This document shows positions 1 through 9,687 of a stretch of 64,000 nucleotides of DNA, piece after piece. Each line of letters begins with the position of its first letter. The first letter of the stretch is position 1. The notes below the pieces were generated by a model. The model was given only the letters and a program-made list of their open reading frames with translations, was not told the origin of the DNA and ran no database searches. Location: assembly GCA_964342465.1 (NCBI GenBank), contig CAYFFQ010000002.1:62557-126556 (forward strand), in the 5' to 3' direction. The translations under genes and the position numbers were made by a program. The stretch comes from an uncultured Candidatus Poseidoniales archaeon. GTDB taxonomy: Archaea > Thermoplasmatota > Poseidoniia > Poseidoniales > Thalassarchaeaceae.

Positions 1-128
1 CTGGCCTCGGTGCCCCCTCTACGATGGCGGTTGATGCCGCTAGGTCTGCTGGCCTGACTCTGATTGGATTTCTGACCGATTCAAGTTTCAACGCCTATAC
101 TGGTGCATGGAGATTGCTCCCAAAATGA
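1..128 (+). CDS. fdhD: Formate dehydrogenase accessory sulfurtransferase FdhD, C-terminal fragment (5' end lies upstream of the window)
   Basis: The frame from nt 3 reads ...AVDAARSAGLTLIGFLTDSSFNAYTGAWRLLPK*. This matches the conserved FdhD C-terminus (..A..AGlTLvGF.R...FNvY..). It sits immediately upstream of the fdsB/fdsA genes. Confidence 0.5.
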   Translation, partial: GLGAPSTMAVDAARSAGLTLIGFLTDSSFNAYTGAWRLLPK

Positions 129-322
129 TGTTGCACATCATATTTGCTGGAAATTTTCGCTTCCATTACTCATCCAACTGTCTGATATGTCTGATTGAAT
201 ACTTATTGGGTGCAGCGGAGAGAATGGCGAAATGAGATACAACTGGCCGCGAACATTGACAAAGCGACGCCCTTTGGCTATAGTAGGTCGCTTGTGAAGA
301 GCCAGATTCCGGGGTCATTATC

Positions 323-2194
323 ATGGATGGAATTCGACGATGGGACCCTTCTCGTCCAAGCCATGAGATGCTGGAAACCGTCAAGCAGAAGGCGAGCAGC
401 GGCAACGAACTCGATATTGATGAAATCAACAAGATAGCAGACGAATATGGCACAACTCCGGCGAAAGTGAGGGGGGCAATCGGATACTACGATGAACTGA
501 GACCTAATCAATTCACAGTTCGTATCTGCACTGGCGAGGCATGCCGCGCGAGGGGAGCGGTGGAACTGGCTGGACGCCTAGAGAGTGAGGGGGAAGTAGT
601 TGGTGAACTCAGATGTACGGGGCTTTGCACTTCTGGGCCAGCCGTGGTGAGAGATGAATTCCCCTCTCCAATCAGCCACAGAGGCGAAGGTCTGCAACTT
701 TTCTTGAGCGCCGACAGCATCAGTGTCGCACAGGGTGCTGAAGAGATTGCCAATTATCTGGTCTTGAACCATGCTGACATGATATCCCTGACTAGGACTG
801 GGTCGCGTGGTCTATATCATTTGGAGCCGATGCTGGAGGCTGAGGTCGAGGGAATCAGACACGCCTTCGGCCCACTCACCGCCAGCGACATCCCCTCGGT
901 AGTGGCATCTCTCGAATCTGGTAGCCTTGATAGTGGTGCGAACTATCTCGGCAAGGTCGAGGAATTGACCGAGTTATCCTCACAACAGCGATTCGCCACC
1001 GCTCGTTTTGGACTCTGCTGCCCAGTCGACATCGCCTCTCAGATGGCTAATGGTGCCTACAAAGGGTTGGAGAGGGCGGCCGAATTGGGCTCAGCAGGGG
1101 TCATTTCTGAACTTCAGTTGTCACGCCTCAGAGGCCGTGGTGGGGCAGGTTTCCCCACCCATTTCAAGTGGGCTTCAGCAACATCTGAGGATAGTGAAGT
1201 GAAATATGTTGTCGCCAATGCAGATGAAGGAGACGCTGGCACTTTTATTGATAGGATGATAATCGAGGGTGACCCACATGGATTGATAGAGGGAATGAAA
1301 ATCTGTGCTGAAACCATCGGTGCCACTGAAGGGTGGGTCTATCTAAGGAATGAATACCCTCGAGCCAAGATTGTATTGGATGAAGCACTTGAACAAGCGC
1401 GAAGTGCTGGCATCCTCGGCCCGACCTTCGACATCTCCATCGCAGTCGGAGCCGGCTCATACGTCTGCGGCGAAGAGACCGCTTTACTGGAATCGTTGGA
1501 GGGGCGCAGGGGTGAAGTGAGAGCAAGGCCACCATTCCCCACCCAATCCGGACTCTACGGCAAACCTACGATTGTGAACAATGTTCTGACCTTCGCTTTG
1601 GCAGCCGCCATCCTGCGGGAGGGTGCGTCAGCGTGGGGTCGACTCGGCACCGAGAGAAGCCGAGGCACTGTAGTGGTTCAAGCATCTGGGGCGACAGAGA
1701 GGCCTGTCTGCGTGGAGGTTCCTTTCGGGGGGACGATTGGCGAGGTGTTGTCCGAACATTCTTCTCTGACAGGAGTATCTGCGGTGCAGATAGGAGGTCC
1801 ACTCGGTTCATTCTTTACAGTAGAAGAAATCGATGATATTGAATTGTCATTCGAGGGATTGGCGGAAGCTGGTGGTCTACTCGGTCATGGCGGATTTGTC
1901 ATGTTCGATTCTTCATTCGACGCTAGGTCTGAGAGTAGACATCTGATGAATTTCTTCAGAGATGAGAGTTGTGGAAAGTGTACCCCCTGTAGAATAGGGA
2001 CAGAGAGAGCGGTTGAACTGCTCGCCCGAATTGGCGCCGACGATGAGAGGGATGGTGATAGGGAATTATTGGCCAGCCTCGATGATGTGATGACCAATAC
2101 CTCGCTATGTGCACTAGGTGGGTTGGCCATGAATCCGGTTCGCAGTTCTATGCTGAGATGGCCCTCTTCATTCCGAGGTGACTCGCATGGGTGA
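323..2194 (+). CDS. fdsB: NAD-dependent formate dehydrogenase beta subunit: NuoE-like 2Fe-2S thioredoxin-like domain fused to a NuoF-like flavoprotein (FMN/NAD-binding, 4Fe-4S)
   Basis: The N-terminus has Cys pairs CTGEAC and CTGLC (NuoE/FdsG-like). It also has a GRGGAGFPTHFKW glycine-rich NuoF motif. The C-terminus has the ESCGKCTPCR cysteine cluster. Confidence 0.8.
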   Translation: MDGIRRWDPSRPSHEMLETVKQKASSGNELDIDEINKIADEYGTTPAKVRGAIGYYDELRPNQFTVRICTGEACRARGAVELAGRLESEGEVVGELRCTGLCTSGPAVVRDEFPSPISHRGEGLQLFLSADSISVAQGAEEIANYLVLNHADMISLTRTGSRGLYHLEPMLEAEVEGIRHAFGPLTASDIPSVVASLESGSLDSGANYLGKVEELTELSSQQRFATARFGLCCPVDIASQMANGAYKGLERAAELGSAGVISELQLSRLRGRGGAGFPTHFKWASATSEDSEVKYVVANADEGDAGTFIDRMIIEGDPHGLIEGMKICAETIGATEGWVYLRNEYPRAKIVLDEALEQARSAGILGPTFDISIAVGAGSYVCGEETALLESLEGRRGEVRARPPFPTQSGLYGKPTIVNNVLTFALAAAILREGASAWGRLGTERSRGTVVVQASGATERPVCVEVPFGGTIGEVLSEHSSLTGVSAVQIGGPLGSFFTVEEIDDIELSFEGLAEAGGLLGHGGFVMFDSSFDARSESRHLMNFFRDESCGKCTPCRIGTERAVELLARIGADDERDGDRELLASLDDVMTNTSLCALGGLAMNPVRSSMLRWPSSFRGDSHG

Positions 2195-4889
2195 CGGGTC
2201 AGTGAATCTGACTATAGACGGAACCACTGTGGTTGCTTCCACCAGTGATACGGTGATGAGCGCGGCGAGAGCGAGTGGAATATCCATCCCAAGCCTCTGC
2301 GATTCACCACACTTGAAGCCGTTTGGCTCTTGCCGGCTCTGCATAATAGAGATTGATGGACGGCAGGGTAATCCATCATCCTGCACGACTTCTGTGGAGG
2401 AAGGTATGGTGGTATCAACCGACACTCGCCGACTGTGGGATTTGAGAAAGGGAATCACCGAACTGTATGTCAGTGAACACCCACTTGATTGCCTGACCTG
2501 TTCAGCCAACGGTGATTGTCAATTACAGGATGTCGCTGCCGATGTCGGGTTGAGAGGTGTACGCTATAGCAATACACCAGCCAACAGCGGGGTTGCAGTG
2601 GATGAATCGAATCCCTTCTTCACTTTTGATGCTTCAAAATGCGTTGTCTGCTCCCGTTGTATTCGAGCGTGTGATGATATTCAAGCAAGCCATGTTCTTT
2701 CGTTGGATGGGAGGGGTTTCGCCAGCAGAATAATCGCTGGTGCTGACCAACCGTTCATGCAATCGGACTGCGTCTCCTGTGGTGCTTGCGTCGATGAGTG
2801 TCCGGTTGGTGCATTGGAGGATACGATACAACGGCAGAATGGGATGGTGGAGAAAGTAGTGCGAACGACCTGCGCCTTCTGTGGCGTCGGTTGCCAGTTC
2901 GATGTAGGGGTCAAGGGTGGGAGGCTGGTGTCGATGCAACCGGCTCACAACTCTCCGGTCAATCAAGGTCATGCCTGTGTGAAGGGGAGGTTCGCCTCTG
3001 CCTATGTGCATCATGCTGACCGATTGAAGAGACCAAAAATCCGCAATTCGACTGACGATGAGTTCAGAGAAGTGAGTTGGGATGAAGCATATCGGTTCAT
3101 CAGAGATAGATTGATGGAGATAAAGAGAAAACATGGTCCAGATTCCATCGGAGCCATCACCTCATCTCGCTCCACAAATGAATTGAATTACCTCGGCTCA
3201 AAGTTCATGCGGGCTGTAATCGGCACCAACAATGTCGACAACTGTGCAAGAGTTTGTCACTCCGCAACTGTGAAGGGGATGATGACGGTTTTCGGAGCTG
3301 GTGCAGGGACCAATAGTCTCGCTGACATTGATGTCACTGACCTTCTGCTGGTTTCGGGTTGCAATCCGCTGCACGGCCATCCAGTGACCGGGTCTCGCAT
3401 CAAGCGAGCGAGAAAACGAGGGATGGCGATGATAGTCGCCGACCCCAAGAGAACTCAATTGGCCGAAATGGCGGACATTCATCTTCAACTCCGGCCCGGA
3501 ACCAATGTCGCATTGTATCAGGGAATGGCCAATGTGATTCTGCAAGAAGGACTCGAAGCCGACGAGGAATGGATGGAGAGACGATGCGAAAATCTTGAGC
3601 CATTTCGACAAATGGTGGCGGAAATGACCCTCGAGCGCTGTTCAGATATCACCAAGATTCCTGAGAATCTCATCAGAGATGCAGCGATTCTTTACGCCTC
3701 AGCACCATCTGCCATGTCTGTTCACGGATTGGGGATGACCGAACACAGTCACGGTTCCGAGGGAGTTATGGCCCTCTCCAGTCTCGCCCTGTTGACAGCC
3801 AATGTAGGCAGAGCAGGGTGCGGAATCAATCCTCTCAGAGGACAGAACAATGTGCAGGGCTCCTGTGACATGGGTGCTCTTCCCAATGTACTGACGAACT
3901 ACCAGTCGGTAGATGATGAGAAGGTGAGGGCGGCGTATGAGGATGAATGGGGTGTTGAACTTCCGACCTCAGCGGGGGCACCATATCCGGTTCTGCTCGA
4001 GAGGGTGGCGGATGGAGAATTCCACGCCTTCTACATGATAGGCTCCGACATCGCCCAGACCGACCCTGACAATCTCGCTGTCCAGAACGCCCTTTCAAAC
4101 CTGAAACTGCTGGTCGTACAGGACATTTTCGAGTGTGAATCGGCAAAGTTTGCCCACGCCCTGCTTCCGGCCGCATCTTTCTTGGAATCTGATGGTACCT
4201 ACACGAACGGAGAGCGAAGAGTGCAACGTATTCGCAAGGCCCTTGATGCTCCGGGGGAGGCCAAACAGGATTGGGTTATCGTTGCTGAGTTGGCTGAGGC
4301 GATGGGTCATCCGATAGTCGATTCCCATGATGTTTCGAAAGTTTGGGATGAACTGGCTCGACTAACACCCAATTTCAGGGGTATAGACTATGCCCGCTTG
4401 GACTCACCGGATGCCGTGCAATGGCCCGTTCCCGCCAGTGGACACCCAGGGACCACGGTAATGCACCAAGGTAGGTTTTCGAGAGGACTTGGCAACTTCT
4501 CAGCCCCATTATATGAAGAACCCAATGAACAGCCGTCCCCAGAATACCCGTTCATCCTCGTGACGGGAAGGAACATCTTTCACTACAATTCTGGAACCCA
4601 GACTCGCCGAACGAGCCTGCTCGAGTTCAGAGAGACAGATATCCTCGATATGCATCCACAAGATGCCGACAGGTTGGGGGTCGTGGATGGTCAGATGGTC
4701 AGATTGGAGAGCCCACGCAATTCGGTTGTGATGAGAGTGTCGGTTTCTGATGCTGTCCGAATCGGGAATCTGTTCACCACTTTCCATTTCCCTGAAGTCG
4801 GTGTGAATTCTGTGCTGAGCTCATCTTCAGACGGCCCCACTAGATGTCCAGAGTATAAGGTTCAGGCGGTCAATGTGATTCCTGCCTGA
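2187..4889 (+). CDS. fdsA: Formate dehydrogenase alpha subunit (Mo/W-bis-MGD; N-terminal 2Fe-2S and 4Fe-4S domains, Cys not Sec at the active site)
   Basis: Domain order: NuoG-like 2Fe-2S (SLCDSPHLKPFGSCRLC), a His(Cys)3-type cluster, 2x[4Fe-4S] ferredoxin, then a molybdopterin oxidoreductase domain. Motifs TTCAFCGVGCQFDV and ARVCHSAT are present. The ORF track starts at GTG 2178. ATG 2187 is preferred because a GAGGTGA box lies 6 nt upstream. There is an 8-17 nt overlap with fdsB. Confidence 0.85.
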   Translation: MGDGSVNLTIDGTTVVASTSDTVMSAARASGISIPSLCDSPHLKPFGSCRLCIIEIDGRQGNPSSCTTSVEEGMVVSTDTRRLWDLRKGITELYVSEHPLDCLTCSANGDCQLQDVAADVGLRGVRYSNTPANSGVAVDESNPFFTFDASKCVVCSRCIRACDDIQASHVLSLDGRGFASRIIAGADQPFMQSDCVSCGACVDECPVGALEDTIQRQNGMVEKVVRTTCAFCGVGCQFDVGVKGGRLVSMQPAHNSPVNQGHACVKGRFASAYVHHADRLKRPKIRNSTDDEFREVSWDEAYRFIRDRLMEIKRKHGPDSIGAITSSRSTNELNYLGSKFMRAVIGTNNVDNCARVCHSATVKGMMTVFGAGAGTNSLADIDVTDLLLVSGCNPLHGHPVTGSRIKRARKRGMAMIVADPKRTQLAEMADIHLQLRPGTNVALYQGMANVILQEGLEADEEWMERRCENLEPFRQMVAEMTLERCSDITKIPENLIRDAAILYASAPSAMSVHGLGMTEHSHGSEGVMALSSLALLTANVGRAGCGINPLRGQNNVQGSCDMGALPNVLTNYQSVDDEKVRAAYEDEWGVELPTSAGAPYPVLLERVADGEFHAFYMIGSDIAQTDPDNLAVQNALSNLKLLVVQDIFECESAKFAHALLPAASFLESDGTYTNGERRVQRIRKALDAPGEAKQDWVIVAELAEAMGHPIVDSHDVSKVWDELARLTPNFRGIDYARLDSPDAVQWPVPASGHPGTTVMHQGRFSRGLGNFSAPLYEEPNEQPSPEYPFILVTGRNIFHYNSGTQTRRTSLLEFRETDILDMHPQDADRLGVVDGQMVRLESPRNSVVMRVSVSDAVRIGNLFTTFHFPEVGVNSVLSSSSDGPTRCPEYKVQAVNVIPA

Positions 4890-4958
4890 TAGTCGGCACA
4901 ATAATTGGCAATCCAATCACGCCTTAACTTGGAAGAACAGGGGTGGGGTGGCTCGTGG

Positions 4959-7877
4959 TCATCCTTGCAGTTTCGCCAACCTCTTCAGTTTCTTCTCCTG
5001 CTCCTTACGCAGTAGTTTGCAGCGTCGAATCTGCTCTTTTGCCATCTTTGCATGGTCACCACTCAGCGGTGAGATTCTCTTCGGAGACATGGCGTATTCA
5101 AAACACTTGATGGCATCGTCATACCGCTCCACCTCAGCATAAGCAGTCCCCATATTGTAAAGGGTGGCGCCCGTGACTCTGCTAGGGTCGACCTTCTGCG
5201 CTTTTATGTATGAATCGATACACTCCTTGAAATTTCGAAGATAATAGAAGGCATTCCCCCTCGCATTCAGGATTGCGACCACCATCTCATCATCATTCAT
5301 GAAAGAAGGTAGAGCCTTTTCAAAGCAGGCGAGTGCTTCTTTGTATTTCTCCTCTGAAATCAGTGCCAATCCCTTATTGTACCACTGCACATCTTGATTA
5401 GCGACAGAACTCGAGTCAATCTGTCCGGTGCCGCCGTCGCTCCTCGCGGTGATGGCCTGTGCGTCCAATGCCGCCTTGGCTAGGTCAACCTCTGGTGATG
5501 GTTCGGATTGTGGAGCATCATCTGGTTCTGTGACGCTTTCCAAGACCGCTTCAGCGGCGGTAATATCGCTGCTCTCTGTGGCGGAAATCTCTCCTCTCTC
5601 ACCAGTCGATTCCGGCCCCCCCTCGACAGAGTAGATAGTGACAGATTCAACAGCCTTGTCATCTGCCTCCCAACCGTCGTCACCCCATGGGTCATCGCCC
5701 CATCCTTCATCGGTGGGTTGTTGTGGCTCCGCCTCAGAACTCTCCACCTCGACTTGTTGGCTCGGCTCGACTTGCTCGACTGTTCCTAGTTCCATTTGCT
5801 CTGAGGCTTCGTCCATCATTGACTCGGTTTCCATCTCGGATGCAAATTGATTGAGTGCAGCGGGCGTTTCTGCAACTTCATCGCTCGGTGGAGTGGTATC
5901 TCCCTCAGCGGCCCCATCCGTGGGCGTTTCTGCAACTTCATCGCTCGGTGGAGTGGTATCTCCCTCAGCGGCCCCATCCGTGGGCGTTTCTGCAATTTCT
6001 TCGCTCGGTGGAGTGGTATCCCCCTCAGCGACCCCATCCGTACTACTCACCTCGGTTTCGCTAGGAGCATCTAAAGGGACTCCGGTTAGTGAGTGAATCT
6101 TCTGACGACACTTGTTTGCAGTAGTCTGGTCACCTGCAGCGATGAAGGTCTTCATCATACCAGTCCACAATTCAGGATTGTCTCGGTCGACCTCAACCAG
6201 ACTTCGCCAAGCTCCGACTGCTTCAGGATAAGAGCCGATAAGGGTGAGAGCCCTCGCCCGCATCATTGTGTTGGCGACAGAGCCGTCGTCGGAGATGTAG
6301 CCGAGGGCTTCTGTCGCCAGTTCCGGTCCCTCTGGGATGGTCACTGGCAATTCTGTCGCCATTTCGATAACTTCCCCCTCGCCTTCTCCGATAGAGATGA
6401 GAATCCCGGCTAGAGTGGAGCCACCCGGATGGGTTGGTTCGATGGACAACAGGTATCTCCAAGCATCAATCGCACCAGCAAGGTCTCCTCGGGAAGTCAG
6501 AATCTCAGCGAGTGCAGCAGACGCCTTGGCATAATCCGGTTTCAGTCCGATAGCCGCTTCGAAGCAGGTGACTGCTGCATCCTCATGTCCGTTTCTTCGG
6601 TGCAGTGCACCGAGATTGAACCATGAAGGCGCATCTGAATTGTCCAAATCCAGCGCATAGGTAAAAGCCTCTATGGCGCTGTCAGTGAGCGAAAGCCGCG
6701 CCATTGACGCAGCCGCGATTCTCCACGCTCGCGGGTGTTCTGCCGCCTCTTTGTGGAGAAGGTCGCGAAGTAATTCCAGAGCATCCTCTGCAAGGCCCTG
6801 TTTGACCAGTTCTGCAGCCTTTTCGACTGTTGATTCAATGTCGAAAACGGCATCAACAGCCCCCTCTTCTGAAATAGAAGTAACGGAGGAAGTGGCCGAT
6901 TCTGTGGCGGGTGGTAGAGATTGCTCCACCGCAGGTCCAATGGTGGATACCGATGGTTCAGGTTGCGCTTCCCCCCTTCCCTCGGCTGTGGCGTCAGGTG
7001 GTGGAAGGGTGGACATCTGCGGCGAGGTGCTTCCGAGTGACGCAGCGGTGGACGGGGATTGCCCCCGTGAGCCGTCTTCAGAACCAGATGACGGGGAAAG
7101 AGCTGCAATACGAATCAACTCGCCATGAGTAGGAAAGGCTCGTAACGCTCGGCTAGCCATCTTCGATGCTGCATCCTTCTCTCCATCTCTCTCCAACATC
7201 ACAGCAAGATTGGCTGCTGCAGGGCCGTGCGTAGGGTCCATGTCAACGCACACCTTGAATGCCTTTTTCGCATCATCTCGCTGCCCCGACATCTCATGCA
7301 CGATTCCTCGGTTGAACCACGCCATCGCGTTGCTCGGGTCCTCGGCAATAACTTGATTGAACAGTTTGAGGGCCTGTTGCTCACGACCTTCTGCGACTAA
7401 CATCTCACCTCTGTCCAACATCGCATCGATGTCCATCAAGGGGGCTGATTGGACTTCATCGGAAGTAGTTTCTTCATCGTTGTCCCACTCATCATCCCAT
7501 TGTGATGCTGCAGCAGCCAAGTTAGATTGTTCTGACTCGCCACCATTCTCGCTGGTGTCCTTTGTGAGAGAACCGCGGATTTTCTCAACCGCCTCACTAC
7601 CGACCTGATTCACATTTGTGAACACCGGTATCTCATGTTCGCCGATTTTCTCGCTGACCTTTTTCATCGTCTGCGTCGTGGCTGCTGCCACATTGTCAAT
7701 CGCTTCCTTGGTTTCTGATTCCAACTTTTTTGCGATTTGTATGGCTTTTTCCCTCTTGGTAGAGGGCTTGGCCGGAATGCCGTAGAGGTCGCCTTCACAC
7801 TGCGGGCAGAGCGGTTCCATTCCTTCAAGAACCATCTGGCAGTTTGGACAACTCTCATGACCATGGCCACTCATCAA
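4959..7877 (-). CDS. Large acidic protein with an N-terminal zinc ribbon and multiple TPR repeats
   Basis: The N-terminus reads CPNCQ...CPQCEGDL. It contains TPR-like helical repeats (AWFNRGIV..., AYAEVERYDDAIKCFEYA), long D/E-rich segments, and an internal 3x 20-aa tandem repeat. ATG 7874 is an alternative start. Confidence 0.7.
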   Translation of the reverse strand: MMSGHGHESCPNCQMVLEGMEPLCPQCEGDLYGIPAKPSTKREKAIQIAKKLESETKEAIDNVAAATTQTMKKVSEKIGEHEIPVFTNVNQVGSEAVEKIRGSLTKDTSENGGESEQSNLAAAASQWDDEWDNDEETTSDEVQSAPLMDIDAMLDRGEMLVAEGREQQALKLFNQVIAEDPSNAMAWFNRGIVHEMSGQRDDAKKAFKVCVDMDPTHGPAAANLAVMLERDGEKDAASKMASRALRAFPTHGELIRIAALSPSSGSEDGSRGQSPSTAASLGSTSPQMSTLPPPDATAEGRGEAQPEPSVSTIGPAVEQSLPPATESATSSVTSISEEGAVDAVFDIESTVEKAAELVKQGLAEDALELLRDLLHKEAAEHPRAWRIAAASMARLSLTDSAIEAFTYALDLDNSDAPSWFNLGALHRRNGHEDAAVTCFEAAIGLKPDYAKASAALAEILTSRGDLAGAIDAWRYLLSIEPTHPGGSTLAGILISIGEGEGEVIEMATELPVTIPEGPELATEALGYISDDGSVANTMMRARALTLIGSYPEAVGAWRSLVEVDRDNPELWTGMMKTFIAAGDQTTANKCRQKIHSLTGVPLDAPSETEVSSTDGVAEGDTTPPSEEIAETPTDGAAEGDTTPPSDEVAETPTDGAAEGDTTPPSDEVAETPAALNQFASEMETESMMDEASEQMELGTVEQVEPSQQVEVESSEAEPQQPTDEGWGDDPWGDDGWEADDKAVESVTIYSVEGGPESTGERGEISATESSDITAAEAVLESVTEPDDAPQSEPSPEVDLAKAALDAQAITARSDGGTGQIDSSSVANQDVQWYNKGLALISEEKYKEALACFEKALPSFMNDDEMVVAILNARGNAFYYLRNFKECIDSYIKAQKVDPSRVTGATLYNMGTAYAEVERYDDAIKCFEYAMSPKRISPLSGDHAKMAKEQIRRCKLLRKEQEKKLKRLAKLQG
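5862..6041 (-). repeat. Three near-identical 60-bp in-frame tandem repeats inside the TPR gene (encode TPTDGAAEGDTTPPSDEVAE x3)
   Basis: Units 5862-5921 and 5922-5981 are identical. Unit 5982-6041 differs at 4 nt. Confidence 0.85.
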
Positions 7878-8018
7878 CTACACCCACCGATTCACCATTG
7901 AGTGTCAAGGATAAGCCTTCGCCTCTTTAGTACTCCATTTTGAACTGAATTATACCTGATGAATTTTGTTGATGCGCTGTGCTATTCATTGAAGATGTGA
8001 AGGGAAATAATTCGCCAT

Positions 8019-9338
8019 TTATACTACCCCAGCCTTCACCAGCGATTCAAGGTGTTGAATAGACCTGCTTGCGGCTGCTGCGACATCAGGGTTGTCATCC
8101 TGAAGAGCGGCGGCGAGGATGGGAACAACTCGGGGATGAGGGTATCGAGCAAGAATCTCTGCAGCCAACCTGCGGATAATCGGTGCCGGGTCTGCCATTG
8201 CGGTGAATACAATCTCCATCGCCTCCTCTCCGGTGAAGTTGCTGAACTGCTGAAGTGCCGCATATCGTACATCGGCCACCTCATCAGCGATACCAACTCT
8301 GAGAAGGGGAATATCTGAAGGATGGGCGATTCTCCCAATCGCCCGAAAAGCGCTACTGCGAACACTTGCGTCGGAATCCCGAATTGCCTCCGCCAAGATT
8401 TCGTTTGCAACCGAATCTTCAAGTCTACCCAAAGCTGAGATACAGCCTCTCCTGACGGCTGGATTGCTATGTCGAATCCCTTTGAACAGAGAATCAAAGT
8501 GCCCGACCATGACAAGTGAAGCGATGGCACCAGCGTGCAGTTCAACCTCGGCGAGAGATTCTACTAGGGCCTCGGCAGCGGAGGCATCACCGATCAACCC
8601 CATCGCTTCGATGATGTTCCTCTTCTCATCAATTTCTCGTTCTTCCCCAAGCAGTATTCGAGAAAGTCTTGGCGAGGCTCGTCTCCCCAATCTGAAGGCC
8701 ATCTCTGGGTCTTTACCAGCTACTGCCACACCCTCCTCTATCGTCGTGTTGATGCCGATGATTCTGATGGCGGTTTGAATCACCATGTAATCTATCGAAA
8801 GCAGAATAAACATCACTAGATGGCGGCCACCAGTGGCCTTTAGTCCGACTCCGGAGATGTGAACCCCGTACACTTCCGACCAGTCTAGAATCGAACGGAA
8901 CAGCAGGTCGAGGGCGAACAGTGCCCAAGTGGTCATAGTGGCTTCAGCGGGCGTTGCGTAGAGGTCAAAGAGGCCATCTGAAGTTCTAAGCAATAGTGGG
9001 ACGAGAATTACCATCTGCAAGGCCGCAAATCCAGCGGTGCCACGAAGGTCGGGCAGGCTGTCAGGGTCACTCTCCTCCAATTTCTTGGCGATGCGCGCCC
9101 TGAGGTTCTCATTCTGAGCCCAAGCGCGGCCAATAGCCAATACACCGATGTAACCAAACCACAGGGCGATAAACCCGAAGAGTGGTGGTGTGAGGATGAC
9201 AATCGCATAGAGCGACAGATAGACTGTGAAGAAAAAGAGGTGGCGATAGAGTGGTTGCACAACCCCGACTCCGAAGAGCCGCGCATATCCGGCGAGGAAC
9301 TCATCCAGTTGAAGGAGGAAATGTTTCAATCTCTGCAA
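8019..9338 (-). CDS. Membrane protein with C-terminal HEAT/PBS-lyase-like repeats
   Basis: The N-terminal ~200 aa are hydrophobic, with several predicted TM helices. The C-terminal half has repeated ..AVR..A..ALGRI.. HEAT-like units. Confidence 0.6.
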   Translation of the reverse strand: MQRLKHFLLQLDEFLAGYARLFGVGVVQPLYRHLFFFTVYLSLYAIVILTPPLFGFIALWFGYIGVLAIGRAWAQNENLRARIAKKLEESDPDSLPDLRGTAGFAALQMVILVPLLLRTSDGLFDLYATPAEATMTTWALFALDLLFRSILDWSEVYGVHISGVGLKATGGRHLVMFILLSIDYMVIQTAIRIIGINTTIEEGVAVAGKDPEMAFRLGRRASPRLSRILLGEEREIDEKRNIIEAMGLIGDASAAEALVESLAEVELHAGAIASLVMVGHFDSLFKGIRHSNPAVRRGCISALGRLEDSVANEILAEAIRDSDASVRSSAFRAIGRIAHPSDIPLLRVGIADEVADVRYAALQQFSNFTGEEAMEIVFTAMADPAPIIRRLAAEILARYPHPRVVPILAAALQDDNPDVAAAASRSIQHLESLVKAGVV

Positions 9339-9687
9339 CAGTATCCCCCAACCGGCGACGCAACCCTTCCACCCTTTGATGGTTTCAGGGATGAATCAAT
9401 GATTGCAGAGGTTTCAGAGGGTATAGGAAAGTGCCGACATATCATTAACCACCATTCATCCAGCGATGTAATGTGCCGGTTGCATGGTATCTTCTCCTCC
9501 TGCTCTGCGCCCTGTGTGGCGTAGGTTCTTGGTACATCAGAAACTTCACTCGCAAGGTGGAACTCCTTCGGCTTGTCGCCTTCATCGGCATAGCCAGCAT
9601 GGTCTCGTTGGTAATCTGGACATGGTCAATTACGTGATGGTGAGCGAGAGAGAGGAGTAGAGTTTACTAATTCACCACAACGCTATA

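Noticed and set aside
2178-4889. Possible selenocysteine (TGA) in the formate dehydrogenase alpha subunit
   Set aside because: The frame is uninterrupted. The active-site position reads ..RVCHSAT.. with Cys, so this is a Cys-type FDH and no recoding is needed.
5816-6096. ORFs 5816-6037(-), 5847-6074(+), 5851-6096(+) and 5855-6064(+) with internally repeated peptides
   Set aside because: They are alternative-frame readings of the 60-bp coding repeats inside the TPR gene (4959-7877). The real gene frame is the long one.
6671-7128. 151-aa antisense ORF (6673-7128 +) and 145-aa ORF (6671-7108 -) inside the TPR gene
   Set aside because: They are fully embedded in a 972-aa gene with coherent domain architecture, and no family features. 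Typical GC-rich antisense open frames.
9240-9524. 94-aa plus-strand ORF overlapping the HEAT-protein start
   Set aside because: It overlaps the divergent gene's N-terminus and has no family features. Only its short downstream Cys-rich sub-ORFs are mentioned, speculatively, under the PqqD finding.
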